Source of the DNA: Utricularia gibba
Lineage: Eukaryota; Plantae; Magnoliophyta
Assembly: GCA_002189035.1 (NCBI GenBank)
Contig: NEEC01000020.1
Span: 1,364,001-1,428,000 of the forward strand
Reading direction: 5' to 3'
DNA: 64,000 nucleotides
Under the pieces are notes generated by a model that searched no databases, was not told where the DNA came from, and worked only from the letters and a program-made list of their open reading frames with translations. Position numbers and translations under genes: made by a program. Positions 22,735 through 37,304 of this stretch are shown here, one piece after another; within the stretch, counting starts at the first letter, position 1; each line of letters begins with the position of its first letter.

Positions 22735-25024
22735 TGATAACACCCTTCTATAGTATGTTTTTATATGTATTTTTTATGAGTGTTCATATGATTAAGTGTT
22801 GATTTGCATTTTTAATTGTTCATTTAATGTATTTAGTTGGTAGGAATTTGTTTATTGTGAAAATGGGCAACAATTCGATCGAAAACTTTAATGTTTTCCT
22901 CTAAATCATGTTTAAGTCTGCACAAGATAAGAATTGATATTGGCAATGTACTTTCTCGTTTAAAAATCAAAGGAGAAAAAAAACTGAGAAAAAGTCTTTT
23001 CGTCGAAATCAATTGGCTTCTGAAAAGAAAAGGTATGGATTAGAAACTTCTCTTCTATAACTCATGGAAGGAAAATTCTAAAGGTGTTCTATATCTAAAG
23101 ATTTTCTTCATCAAAAAATATTTATAAAATTGAACAATCATTCGACAACATATTCATAAAGAAAATAATGTAGTAGTGACAAATTCAGGTCGATCCAAAT
23201 GGAACAAATGGTTTTTAGTTTTAATTCCTAGGGCAAGTGAGATTAAACAGAGGGTTTTGGTTGGAAAGTGGGCTTCTACTCGTAAAAATTAGTAAAAATT
23301 CAGAAAATGATTTCTACACTACAAACAGGCAACGAAATGAGTAAATCAGTATTTTCGAAAATTTAAAAGTAAATTCTACACTTAATCTCAAAGTTAATCA
23401 TGCTTAAGGAAAAATTAAACCTACTCAAATCATTGTTTCGAATCATGTGTGAAAATAGTAAAGGAAACAACAAATGAAGCATGCTGAGTTAATGAGAAGA
23501 TTCAAACTAAATCACGTTTAAGCAATAAATGTAAACTGAACTAGCATGTTGCAAAAATACAGAAATAAAATCTAGAAAATGAAATGTTCATTCAATTCTT
23601 CAAGTCAATTTTTTCGTGTGCAACAACTTTTTCTTCTCATCATGCTGGTTCTAAAGATTTTCTGGGAAGGTTCCAAGCGCTCTGCTAGCATTATGGGCGA
23701 TAGAGTTGGTTCCAATATCACTCTGTAACTACCTCCATCATCTTTCTCGTACAGACAAATTTCTGTTCCATGGATTCCAAGCACTGGAGGTAAGTTCCAC
23801 TATCACATTAGAACTATCCCTCTTTTGTCTTCTTCCATGAAACACACTCGAACTCATCGGAAAACCTCTCCCACCATCGGAAATCTTCGTTCTCTCTCTA
23901 CTTGATTGTGCCTACCCCTGTGGAGAGGCTTGGCTTCTTATTCTCTATTTTCCGCTTGTTGTCTTACCTCCTTGTGCATGCGGACGTGCAATTCCTATTT
24001 TGTCTTTGGACTAATAGATATTGCATAGAGTGGTTAGAATACATGGCTCAACAAGTAAATCAACATAAAACAGGCCCAAAAAATGTTTTTATGCACCCTA
24101 AATTTACTAACACTGATTTTGACATTTTGACCTATTTTACCTCACTTAATTCCTCATCCTAACAATTAAAATACGGTAAATATGACTAATTTTGACTCAA
24201 TATCAATAACCTTGTGAAAAAGATAGAGACACCCTTCTTTTGAGCAGGAAAAAAAAGGAATGGAAGGGAGAGAAGAGAGCATTGAGAACGAGTGCAACAG
24301 CTCTAGCCACTTTTAGATCTCCACACGGAGACAAGATTTTCTACCCAAACTCTTAGTTTTAGCAGATCGAAGAGCTCTTGCAACCGTCTGAAACTTTATT
24401 TCCATTTTCAGTTTAACTGTTTTAGCTATTTTCACTTTCTACTTTACTATTGCCGACTATGAACATGTTTTTGTATTTTTTATGTTTTCCTTGTGATTCT
24501 TGTTCTTTGTTATGAACTGGAAACTCCTTGTACATATTTTATTTTATGCACTTATTTCTCCTCGAGTTATTGACTTCTAGCTTTTAAGTTCAATATGACA
24601 ATTATTCCTACAACCCTTTCCCCAATCTATGAGTGTGATAAAGTTGGATTTAAGTTTAATGACTCTCTTAAGTGAGACGAGAGTGAGATCATGATGTAAA
24701 ATCTTAATTGAATCACTTCTCTTTTTGTATTTTATGAGTTTTCATGATATTTTCTGAACTCTTTTAACCTTGCAATGAGTTCACGCTATTTACTGTTATT
24801 TTATATCTTATGCACATAAGATCTAAATTTCCATAAACTCCCCTGCTATTATTAAATGTAAAATACTTCAAGAAGTCACAATCATTCTCTATGCATTCAA
24901 CACTTGCTTGCCATCCTAAATTAATTTTCATGATTTTTGTAGAAGAATAATTAGGTTTATAATTTTTTTTAATGTGTTGAAAATGCTAAACCACGACATT
25001 TAGCAAAGGTTTTAATGTTCATCA
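22735..25024 (+). mobile_element. Athila-like LTR with a nested reverse LTR (~23131-24205)
   Basis: TGATAACACC...GTTCATCA is homologous to the reverse complement of 55464-56652. The inner segment ends ..CAATATCA. TSDs not confirmed. Confidence 0.7.
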
Positions 25025-25699
25025 ATTGGACACCACCTGAACCTAGCATAATGCACATGCAAAATGTTAGTGTCCCTCACTACCTCACTACATGCCCAAG
25101 CCATGATCCACCTTTATGCTTGCAAGAAACAAGGGTCGTCAGCCCTATAGCCTAGACTCCACTATGTGTGCCTCGGGATTTCTCAAGACCTTGGTGTCCA
25201 CACTTGCACCAACTCACCCCCTCCCTAGCACACGCAACACACATGCCTTGTGAATGCATAGTACCACCTTGCTCTCACTTTACATGTAGGCTCACCACGT
25301 TTTATATGTTCTTCACACCCTTGTTACCACTTACACCCACTCGCCACATCATGTGCACCTTGATAGCACATTGTGCCAACCTGCCATGTCTTCCTACATG
25401 CCTTGCACATAGTTGTGCTCATTAATTAGTACCCTAAGCATGTCCTCTTGTGCTCAATGTGTCTGCACATGCCCATCATGATCTGCATGTGTCTTGTACA
25501 CAATATGCATGCCAAGTATGCTTGATAAACATAAAATTTGATATCGTTGTAATAAAATCAAATTCCGTATCAAATAAATTTTCAAGCCATTATTTTCAAA
25601 AAATACAAATTAAATACAAAATGCACAGTAGAAGTTTTGGGGTAGATCAAGAAGCAAGTGCTTGTTAAATGTTTTTATCAGATGTATGATTACAAAAGA

Positions 25700-28600
25700 A
25701 ACGTGGCTCTTAGTCTAAGGTCAGATTAATATCAAAATACAAGATAAATAATTCATAAAAAATAACAATGTAAAAGATAAATAAACTCAAATTTTGCACA
25801 AAGACTAATGTGATGTCTCAAGGTACTCCAGTGATGTGGTAAACAAACCCTAATTTTGTATATAATCTCAAACTTTTATAATCCCAAACAACCTAAGTTT
25901 ATCTGGGTCATTTGCTATGTTTTTTGCTACAATACTCCTTGGTGTCCTAACCGATTCCAGGCCTAGGTCTAAACAATTGTTGGACACGTAGAACTAGATC
26001 TATCCGGTTCTATTAGTTATATTTGAGAGTAATACCTAATAAGTATGTCTCAACTCTTTGGTGTACCTTCAAATTGAGGATTTGAGTTATGTAGCTGGTT
26101 TGTATACCCTTTAGGTCTACCTGAGGCATCTAATACATCCAACTATTATGCAAAAATTACAAGGTACTTGTGATAATTCCTTCTAAAAGTTCCATACCTC
26201 TAATTGATCCAAGTGTTGTAGTTGATCTTTCTTGTACATGTTCTTGATCAGATTTTGCATTGTGTCTCTAGTAGAAGACTTCTCTTTCATGATGTAAAGA
26301 AGATTTATCTATTCTTATTCACTTGTACAAGTTACAAGGATATTATTCTAAAATAGTACTACTCAACAATCATATCATCTCTCATTAAGTAAGATTATAA
26401 CCATGTTATCAAAGTCATTTCGCCTTTATGATCATCTATGTTTTTCTTACATTTAATTCTTCTTTAATGTATATTCTACTTTCATAAGTCAATTCTTCTC
26501 TGGTATAAGACTTCTCTTTCATAATGGAAAGATTTGTCTATCTCATTCTTCTTTCATAAGTCAGCAAAGCTGAATTAGTAGCCCTTATCTGCTGACTCTT
26601 TGATGCATATTCTTGTGGGTTATCTAGTTAAGATGTCACTAAATAGTCATCTTCCTATCTGAAATGCCTTTTAGACATGTTTTCTCTTCATTGCTTGTGC
26701 ATAACAATCTGACAAATTCTTTCAATTTCCAACTCTATTGGGTGTAGCTCGGTTGAAAGCATATGGTTGTGTATGCAAATACAAAATTAACAGTATTCAC
26801 TTGTACAAACACATGAAACCTAAAAACTTAGGAAAACAATAGTAAAATTAAAAATTACAATAAAAAAATGAGAAAAGATAACCCAAAGAAATACAATTGC
26901 CTGACAATGGTGACAAAAAGTTTATAATAATTTTGTAAGTGTATATAAATCATAGAAATAATGAAAAAGGAGTATCTCTACTACAAATTGATACCTTGGA
27001 ATTTTATTATAATATACTTGAAATAATTGAAAACAAAATATAATATGAGTTTTAAAATAATACAAAATAGTGATTTAAGATTAAGGCTCCACACAAATGC
27101 TGAAGCTTCTTCTATCTATGTATTTAAATCTCAAAGATTAACTTAGTTATATAAATTATAAGGGTGGTATTCAAAATACTGCTATTCAACAATTGTTATA
27201 GCACTGTTTCACACTATCATAGTCATTTTGCCTCCCGGATAATCCATGTTTTTTATGCATTCAATTCTTAACTTTGTATCTCATATCTTCATATATAGAT
27301 TAATCACATGTCTCAATAATGATTTTAATTGAATCTTTATCTTTACATACTTGAGATGAATATTAGATTTTTTTAAGCTCCCTTTCCCCCAGAAAATGGA
27401 GAGATTTATTGAACTATTTCATTTATTGGATCCGTTGGGACTATATGTACTTAGCATTTGGTACTTATTAAAAGTACATTGGTAATAAAAAGATTGTGTA
27501 AAACAAAATTGTCTCTTGTTGCGTGTCATTTACTTAACAAATTTTAAATATTTAAAACGTAAAACACAAAAGAACGTAGTACGAGTATCGATCTCAGGAA
27601 GTTTTTTTTAGTGAAAAGTGTTTTCTAACAAACTTCTACAAAATGTCACTGTTTTGTAAAAGGGGGTTTTGAGATGCGGAAATAAAAGATATAATCTAAG
27701 TGATGGGCCTTGACTACAGAACACAGTTCCTGGGAATGAAATTCCGTCTCCTTTCTTTGTCCATCCTTGCCTCGGTTCTCGCTGATTTCTTCCGAATAGC
27801 TACTTATAGGAGCAAGGAATATCCTACTCTCCCTTACACTCTAATTGACAAGGAGTCATGAGAAGAGCCTCATGTGATTCCCTCTTGGATGATTAGGAAG
27901 ACAAGAGGATTGCCTTCAAAACCGAATTGCGCGTGTGTGCCCAATTGTTGCCAATGGCCAGTGGCAGGTCCAAGGTCACAACCTGTCCACTGTCGCGGTA
28001 TCTAGGCCACAAACAATCCACTACTTCACTCGAACCAGTAGGGTTGGAGTTGGTGTTGTTCACCTTAATCTTCACCAAAATCTGCGAGGAGTGGCCTGCT
28101 ACACATAGACCTTGACTATGAGTCGTTATAGAAAGACTGCAACAAGACGCGTAGAAGTATGCAGAATCCGAAATGAATTTAGCGAAGAACCGAGTGTATT
28201 GCTCAGGATTTGGAAGTAAATTTCATATTCTCCCAGAAACTAAAGAAGTTTAGCTCGAAAGGGTCATGAAAACAGAAATGAAATTGGAAATGAAATGTTC
28301 TTCCTCCTTGGAGGGGAGGAAGAATTCAAAAGTTCTAAGTCTAGAAATGAATTGGCAAAAGTTCGAAACTATGGATTCCAAGTTGCTTTTATATCACTCC
28401 TCACGTGCATTAACTTCTTTAGATCCCCTTCCCATCATTCTTTCTGTCTTGCGTACACCAGCAGCTTTCCTTTGCGTGCAAGTTAGCGCCCAATCATTTC
28501 TGTAGACTTTGATATGCCATAAATTAGGGACCTTGATCAGTGTCAGTCTTCCACCCACAATTGTTCCAAGTCGCGTACAAGGTACGAAAAGTCAGACTCT

Positions 28601-28724
28601 AACCTCCTACAATACTTCTGCAACATTCTACGACAGTCTTCTGACATGTCTCGGTCAAAGAGCACAAAAAAGACAGAAAATATATGCAAAATAGGATTTT
28701 TCTAAGGAAATACAATATTTATCA
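25700..28724 (-). mobile_element. Decayed Athila-like element: 5' LTR (~26922-28724), PBS and internal fragments
   Basis: LTR starts TGATAAATATT on the minus strand at 28724. TTGCCTGACAATGGTGACAAAAAG (~26897-26920) looks like a decayed tRNA-Asp PBS. 25800-26050 is homologous to 47160-47400 in reverse. Confidence 0.6.
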
Positions 28725-29591
28725 GTATAAATTCTAAATTGGGCAACTTAACACTAAATTAATACATAATAATACCTAATAATAAACTAGAAAATAATAA
28801 TTAATAACTCTCAAATTAAATATTAGTAAATATAATAAAGCTATTTAAGGACTTGTGTAAACATGATTTTACCAAATATCTTTAGCTAAACATGCTTGCC
28901 TGCATATATAAGGAGAATTAAATAAAAAATATGTAAAATGCTATAAAATAAATATAAATTCTGGAAATATAATTGACAAAAAATCAATTGTAAAACGTAT
29001 AACAAAATTAATATTTTATCCAAATTTTTAGTAGATTCATAATGAAAACACATTTTTAATAATAACAGAATTTAATAATTATGTAAAATGACATGATTTG
29101 TTTAATATGATCACATAAATTCATGTAATTAGAAAAATCTCTATCAAATTCAATGAAAAACATAAAATGGAATGGGTTGAAGTATCCCAATTTGCTGTGA
29201 ATCTCTTTGTAGTCTTCACGTTCTTGCAGGGAGGAAGAGATCACGAAGAATCCCACCCGGAGATTCTCTTCCCCCCAAAACCTCTCTGCAATCAGTCATG
29301 CCAAGGGGGTGTTCCCAGATGAAGGACTAGCGTATGGTTATACTTGCCACCCGCAGTTTCTTGTAACCGTTATAAACAACTCCTCCGGATCTTTGCTCAG
29401 TATCCTTTCGTTGCTATTGATTTGATTAAGTTTTGCAGGGATGCAAAGTTTGAAGGATAGATGAAGGTTATCGCTGCCTTGGACTCATCATTTGAAGGCT
29501 GACTTTTCCTCAGTTCGTTTACACGGATGTGATGATGATGCTCCTCGTGTGGGTACCGCTAGCTTCCACGTTCATTGCGATCCTCGTAAAT

Positions 29592-31090
29592 ATGATTTTC
29601 AGGGGCTTGAATGTTGGGCATCGGATGCTGGAACGAGTTTCTCCGGTGAGTGATTAGCCAAGCTTTTAATTGTTGCTGTTGATACTGGGCGCCCACCACC
29701 TGTTCGCCCAAAAAACGCATACGCGAAACGTGATGCATATTTTTTTTTTCGTGCAAGATTTAACTGGTAGTAAAATTGACGCAGCTTGCGAAGGTTGCAT
29801 CATGTCTTCTTTGGCATACAATGCATTTGACCGTGAGCATGTGGTACTTTACTGTTGGCCTGATAAGTGCAGTTGAGAGCTTCCTTATCGGACGTGGTTT
29901 GTTGAAGAGGTATAGAGGTCTTGATGTTAGTAAAGTCAAGTACCTGGCCGTTGTTATAGACAGTGAAGAAGCTATTCAGACGCTCAAAGTTCTTGATATC
30001 CTGAGATGGCTTGCTAAAATTGGAGTGAAGAATGTATGTCTGTATGATGAAAAAGGTACTGTTAAATCGTTACATGAAACGAAGGAAAATTGGTTTTGTC
30101 ATTCATGGCATTTCAGGGCCTATGGATTTCGTTGCCTTTAAAAATCCCATCTTCAAATCCGTTTCTTTTTTCAACATTCCTGCATACAGTCTCCTTTTTT
30201 TTCAATCTTGTTTTAGGTATGCTGAAGAAAGGAAAAGATGTTTTTGAAATGTGGCTGGAAAGTGAAGGCTTGTCTAATGTAAGGCTCCAATTTTTGCTTT
30301 TCCGATACTACGGTTGCTGATTTACATGATCACTGTGCCACATTCAAACCATTGAACCGGATCTCACTTAATATTGAAACCTCATTCTTACAGGGCTATG
30401 CTAATGATACAATCAATGAGCAGAAAATACATTTAGAATTCGTTTCCTTTACTGATGGAAAACTAGCTATCGCAAAAGCAGCTAATCATTTAACAAAACT
30501 ATACTCTGATGCTCATACTGAGAACCGGAAGCTGACAGAGCCTGACCTGACAGATGCCCTCAAGGAAATAGGTACGTTGTTGGCCTAGTTTCATCTTCAG
30601 ACCTTCACTCCCTCATGTATGATGACTAGATGAACAAGAAGTTCGACTTTTTCATTTCCGTGAAATCAGGTTACCTGGAACCAGATCCTGATCTAATGTT
30701 AGTATATGGACCTGCAAGATGTAACATGGGATTCCCACCTTGGAGGATTCGTTACACCGAAATTGTGTAAGTGTGTGGACTGTTTTTCCGTGTGACTCTT
30801 GTACCTCGAAGCTGTTCTAATCCTTTTATTTGTGGGATTAGAAAGTGCCAGCTTGCTACTCCCTCTGAAGCTAAGTTGAGCTCTGTTTCCAGGCACATGG
30901 GGCCACTCAAGTCTATGAAATTCGGGGGACTTATCAAAGCCATCCACAGGTTTACATCAGTGCGACAGAATTATGGTATTGCATACTCACTCACCTACTT
31001 GTGAACTGTCTCTTCTTCAACATCGGACGTTTTCTCGACCATTTCCACCATGCTAACAAAAATGCAACGCTTCTATTTGCAGGAAAATGA
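29592..31090 (+). CDS. NUS1: Dehydrodolichyl diphosphate synthase complex subunit NUS1/LEW1 (NgBR homologue), ~250 aa
   Basis: Exons 29592-29645, 29785-30055, 30217-30278, 30394-30571, 30670-30766, 30893-30975 and 31083-31090 are all GT-AG and total 753 nt. Motifs: YLAVVIDSEEA, IGVKNVCLYD, PDLMLVYGPARCNMGFPPWRIRYTEI, C-terminal RQNYGK. An alternative in-frame ATG lies at 29532. Confidence 0.93.
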
Positions 31091-31559
31091 CTTGTGTTCT
31101 GTGCCATACACATGCCTCAAAGACTTCATAAGTATGCCCCATGTTCGGAACAGAAGTATATAGGGAGTAGCTGTTCTATCCCTAATCTTCGTCAGTTTAT
31201 AATTAAAGTGATCTTTGGTAGTTAGCATAATTAAAAGTAGAATTATTGAATATTGTCAATGTGTTTGATACATGAATTTTAGTATCGTGTTTATAAAATC
31301 ACATTACTTAATGATAATATAAAATACAAAATCATTGAATTAACGTATAGTATCCCTAGTTTTGACTTTTGTCTTGATGTTTTCATAATCATCATGAACG
31401 GAAAATTGGATAAAAATGCAAAATCATTGAAACTGCATATGGTACTTGGTGGGATCATCTAATACCATTCTTGAACGTCTTCGGATAATTAGGATGCGAA
31501 CAATCAATATCAGCTAGTGGTGGATGTGGCCCTCATTGATGTCCAATATGCCTAGATGT

Positions 31560-34260
31560 TGGTGGGTTGTTATTGTCTTCAAAGGTAGGAAGCCCATGAG
31601 GGCAATGGCATCCTTATTGTTAAGAGTTCTTCTAGCACTTCCCTAGAAAATGGGTAGATGTTAATCTCTACTTCGAAACCTTGCACTTTGTAAACTTCTT
31701 TTGAGACTCGGATTGGATCTGTGCCCCTTCTTTGGACACGAGGGTGGATGTATGCCTCCTCGAATACGAAGGCTCCTAGCAATTGCTTGTAGTTCTGGAA
31801 ACTCTGCCTTTGGATCTGATCAACTGTTGCGAGCAACTCCCTGGCTCGTTAAGCATTTATGTTGTATGCCCATTCTCTTGCTCTCTTGTAGATGGCAGAT
31901 GGAGAGCTCTCTGAATGTGCTGAAGGAGGTGCATCTATAACCTTTGTTTCAGCTACTAGACATGCCTACTTCTCCCCTTACGGCTGGAATGTCGTGTCAT
32001 GGGTTGTTGAGCTTTGATTGGTGCTGCCTCGAGGGCTATTAGCCTTGGTTTTATGGTGTTTCTAAGCCTAAGTATGGGAATAACTCCACCCATACTTAAA
32101 TATCTTCATCTTCTATATCTCTATTCTCAATACTTTTACCTTTTTCCTTGTTTCTATTAATAAGTCTATCGCTTGCCAAAATAAGTGCTCCTTACTAAAG
32201 TTTCTATATGTATTTCCCTCGAGATGGCTGGTTTTTTGGAATGCAATTTCTTGAAGCTCACCTTGTTGCTGTGATGTAAATCACATTTCAGATTCTAAGA
32301 GACCATCAAGCAACTACTAGTGTGCCATTGTTCTTAATGTTTCGATCATCTCGAGCATACAAAGAAACAAGTAAAAAGTTAATAATTTTATGTTTAATCC
32401 TGTCTTTTTTCAATTTATTTTCTCAATGCTTCAAGGTTGTCTAGAAAACCTAATAGTTTGGTGTAGAAATCCATGATCCCGAATGCAATATTGAGCCCTT
32501 AAATCGAATTCCACGACCTATCAATGTTTCTATCTTTGTTTATAATCGTAGTGTTGTAGATATTTTACAATGCCACCCATAACTCCTTTGGTGTTTCAAA
32601 GCTTAGAAAATTTTCATAGATCTCCATTATGAGTGTTCCATCAAGGGCATGAGTTGATTCCAGTTCCATTTCATGATATTGCTCTTCGATCAATTGGCAT
32701 CGTTCTGTAGGAGCTCCTATCAATCCTGCAGGCTGCAGGAAGGTCAGGTTTAATAAAAACCTCCTAGGCCTTGATGTTGATGAGATAATTTTTCATCATT
32801 TTAACCAAAGTAGTATAATGTTTGCCGTCAAACTTTGATGGTGCAGCAACTACCATTACCATTTCTTCTTTAACAATCCCACTCTTAACATCAAGATAAA
32901 AAAAATAGCCCTAAATATCTTATGTATTGGCTCTAGAACAGCCAATCAAGCTTGTTTTGAATTTGAGAGAAATTGTTGATTCCTTGAACAAAATGTAGAG
33001 TGTTTTTTTCTCTACAATACTTTCAGTTTACATAATATCTCAGGTTTTATATATGAGCTTATTTCTTAACTAGTCGTTGCATTGTACCGTTGGTGAGCGC
33101 ATATAACTATATGCATCATTCGATGACTTGTGCTCACATGGGCTAAAATCCAGCCTCGTTTTCTTATGGCCGAAGCTAATTCCCCCTTCTTTATTTTTCA
33201 TATGCCTTCTTGGTGTGGATCATACTTCTTCATTTTCTCTCCCGCAAGCTCCCATGGCATTAGGGTTGGTATGCTCTAAGAAAGTTGGATGAATCAAATA
33301 GAGATTAACCAAGGTATCATTACTTATCACACCAATCGTTCGAAGCGGAAGAGGTTTTCTATTGTTTTTCTAGTCAAGTGGGATGCAGACAGAGCATTGT
33401 TTCATGTAGTCCCTAGTGTTGTTGTTTTGAACATTAAGAGATGGTTCTCTATGCTCTCATTACCTCTCCGCTCTAGATATTCCTATTCACCCCCCAACCA
33501 AGTTTTGGGGCTTGGGATGTGAGGTAGACCAGCAAATCTATTGCTCTTAGTCATTTCTACTTTAGATCTTTGATGGTGATTTCCAACTATCCATCTGTCT
33601 TTACCGGCCATTGATGAAACATGATGAGCATCGCGATTATTGGTTTGTGTAGGCCTACATAGATGATCATATTGAGCTCTATGATAGTACCCCTAGTTGA
33701 GGAGTCATCCTTGATCATTGTTGAAAGTTTCTCAATCGCCTTATAGACAATTGTTGCACATTGTTCGAGTTCTTATATCTTGTTTAGGATCTCGCCTTAA
33801 GGTAAAGCATTTGGGCTTTTACCATCAACCTTTGCCCATTCTTTAGTGTTGTTCAAGTCACTATATAGTGCCTGGTTATTCTTCTCTAAATCACCCTTTA
33901 AGCAACTACTCTTAACATAATGTTTGGGCTTTCTATGAGTAAGAGGCTCTTCACCTTCTTTTGTGGTGGCTAGATTTTCTCTTTTCTCGGATTTTCTGTC
34001 CAAGGTGTTGCTTTGTGGGTATTTGCTATATTAGCACCCCTCTTCGAATCTTCAACACATAAGAGACTATGCTAAGGTACTTGCCCAAGAACTCTTTAGT
34101 CTTTGCCCAACCCCCATCGTGACGACAGAGTTCTCATGATACAAGTAGTTCTTTTGTTTGAGATCCTCTCAAGAAAGAACACATTCCCAAGCACTCCTTG
34201 TCAAGCTTTCATTACACTACACCTACGACCCTTCTTGACCATCATTTGTCTAGATGCTCT
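31560..34260 (-). mobile_element. Highly degenerate Copia remnants
   Basis: Gag-like IYENFLSFETPKELWVAL near 32550-32650; weak RT/RNaseH-like traces at 33500-34250; many stops. Confidence 0.55.
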
Positions 34261-34494
34261 GCACTCCACCTTCATTTCTATTTGACGCCTTCCTTTGTGG
34301 TTTATCTTTCTAGATACTCTTATCGAGGCTCTATTCATTCCAAAGTGCTTATACGGACACTCTTTTTTTTTACTCATGGAGCCATTCGGGTAAATACTCC
34401 ATACAAAAAAGATTTATTGAATGCCATGAATTTCAACAATATTGGATAAATATCTATTAATTTTTTTTCTTTGTTGAATATTTCTAATTGAGGT

Positions 34495-34498
<4 letters not shown>

Positions 34499-34546
<48 letters not shown>

Positions 34547-34572
34547 TTATTTATTTATTTATTTATTTATTT
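34499..34572. repeat. Compound microsatellite (AT)n(ATTT)n
   Basis: About 21 AT units followed by about 8 ATTT units. Confidence 0.97.
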
Positions 34573-35323
34573 GGTATATTAGAAAATTAGTAATATAAAA
34601 ATTAGTTTTTATATTTTCAATGATTAGTTTTTAATACACTAACACAAAAATAACTAAAAATTTAAATAAGTGGTATTCATTCAATATTTTTAAAAATACA
34701 CATATTTGAAAAATCACTTTTTTTAGAAAAGGGCATTTAGTTAATTAAAAACCTCTTACCTTGTACTGTGTTATTCGATTTTGAATCATCACAATAATTT
34801 TAAAAACATGGATGAATTTTAAATGATATAGTTGAATCATAAGAATCATTAAAAAAATAACTTAGATATGTTTCAGATATTAATTTACAATGATACAGAT
34901 GAAGGTTAGATAAAAAAATAAAAAAATATATCAAGTATACGTTTTAACTAAAATAATTCAAAAAGATTTGAAATTAATTAAAAAAAATATTTTTTAGAAA
35001 CAAAAGTATAATACTAACCTTTAAACTAAATTACCTTTATTTAAATCTACTTTTTAACTTACACTACATGAGGTTTTAAATGGAATTAATCATCAAATAG
35101 AAATTATTAACAAACCACTACTACCAAACACTCCCTCTGCTTACCGCGCATTCCTATTGACCACTCTCGCAGTCGTATGCGAAATACATGAGATCCTGGA
35201 GCATATTGGCCACTGTCTGAGCCCGCAGTCTGCACTAAGAAAATCAGAATGTTCAAGAATTGCTGAAACATGAACATGTGATTCTACAAGTGTCGATGGA
35301 TTTGTCGCAATTGAGGTGTAGAC

Positions 35324-37304
35324 TCAGTACTCGGTCTCTAGAACCCCATCGATGAGCCCAAACTCCAAAGCCTGAAAACAGGGGGCTTCTCTTTCAACTG
35401 AAAAGCAGCCAAACAGCAACCGATCGAACACAAGGAAGCGTAATGTTGTTACCTCCGACACCGACAAAAACCGGTCTCTCTCAGTGTACTGTTGAACCTT
35501 CTCATAGGGCTGGCCGGTGAAGGCGGCGTACATGTGATCTATTTTCTGTGGCAAAACATGATCTTATGTTTGACTGTTACCAAGAGTTGAGTAAGATATT
35601 CAGTTCAGTGGAAGAAAACTGACATGGCGTGATTGGACAGCTTCATTCACTTGGCGCCTTACATCTTCCACGTGACCCTGAAAGTGGAATAACCAAGTTT
35701 CAGTCACCGAATGAAATTCAGAAAGGGGGAGATTATCTGCTGATGGCGTCTACTTCACACAGCCTTTGACACCTTAGGGTCAGTATTAAAAGAAATAACG
35801 AATACTTTGCCAAGTTGCAATACAAAGCAGATAGAAAAACTGCAGAGATGAGATGGGATGAAAAGTTCCTACCCCACATCCACCTTGTGGTTGATGTATC
35901 ATGATACGAGCATTCGGCATGGCATACCGCATTCCCTTTTCTCCACCGGCAAGTAGAAGGGCACCTTGACTCGCTGCTACCCCAAAACATACAGTGCCAA
36001 CCTTGGGTTTTATCTGAAATGATTTTGATACAACAAAAAAAATGCTCAAAAATGGGTTAGGAATCGTCCAACGGTTACTACTCCCTGCCACTGGATGCCA
36101 AATATAAGCAACATAGTGAAAGTATATATGCGTATGCTCACCCATGACATGCAGTCATATATTGCCAAGACTGAGTATGTGCTTCCACCCGGGCAGTTCA
36201 GATACAACTAATATCATTCAAAAATAAATAAGGAAATAGTTCATGTGAATCCTTACATCCAAGACTTAAATACTTGGCACCAAGGGGAATGCATGTACCA
36301 AAATATCAGATTCTTCATCAATTGTTGCCAAAGTGACAAGCTGTGATATAACCTTCTGAGCAACCTGCGAATTGACTGGCTGTCCAATAAATATTATGCG
36401 ATTTCTGAACAACACAGTTGCAAGATCCATAGGCCCCCAGGCGTCATAACAGCAGGCATCACTGGTGGATTGCCTTTTTTGGCCTCTATAACGCCACCAT
36501 TACTGATGCAAAACAGGATTTTACTCATAGTATTCCAGCTAAAGGAAAAAAAAAACCGCACGAGCATTTCCAACCAACGAATGATGAAAATAAAAGACGC
36601 TAATAGCAGAATTACACAAGCAGGGAATAGAAACCGGAAAACATCCCCTCACTTGAGTGGTTCAAAGATACAGAAATAAGCAGCTTACGTAAAATTTTTG
36701 CACCAAAACAAAATTTCGAATACTACACATAAGGCTAATTACAATATAAAACCAACGGTTTCCCCCAGAGTTCAGAAACGATTAACGGGGAAGAGAAAAT
36801 GAATACCACAAATTGGAGGATAAATCAATTTGCTCATGCTTTAACTGCAATCTGTTGCTTCTTTTTGAAAAGCCTGTATAGGAAGGAAAAATGAGAACAA
36901 TCCAAGTTAATCATCACTTTCCTGCTCAATGGGATACACCCGATGCAGCTGAGAAGTATTAGACGAGAATTTTGATTCCCGTAAGTTTTCATCATAAGGA
37001 AAGAAAAAAGAAGATACGCACGCAAATATTATCCTTATCATCAATATCGTCGAATACGCACCGAGAGATGATGATGATTCGCCCTGAGAGCTTACCAAAG
37101 CTGAAACTCTACCTTGGAGATTTAACGTTCTGCAGGTATAAGTAAGAAACCAAACCATGAAGAGCCAAATAGGAAATTGACACCACGCAGAATGAAACAA
37201 ATGAAAAATCCAACAACGAAAGAATACCTCCTCAAAAAACCAAGACTGGAAGGTAGTAGTTCACACCGAGGGGGAGCAACCGAGAGGTTTACAGGCGTCG
37301 CCAT
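35324..37304 (-). CDS. CLPP6: Plastid Clp protease subunit ClpP6; the assembled sequence has a 1-nt frameshift in exon 4
   Basis: Exons 37304-37228, 37129-37062, 36873-36807, 36502-36299, 36207-36142, 36013-35873, 35677-35624, 35545-35453 and 35371-35324 total 818 nt. Motifs: [61 protein letters not shown]. Confidence 0.93.

Noticed and set aside
25030-25520. CACATG/CATGC-rich stretch with His/Cys-rich ORFs
   Set aside because: Low-complexity sequence among LTR debris; most likely retrotransposon non-coding DNA rather than an RY enhancer or a gene.
36901-36960. Alternative CLPP6 exon after TTCTCAG
   Set aside because: It gives an immediate stop in the required phase; the 36873 acceptor keeps the frame.
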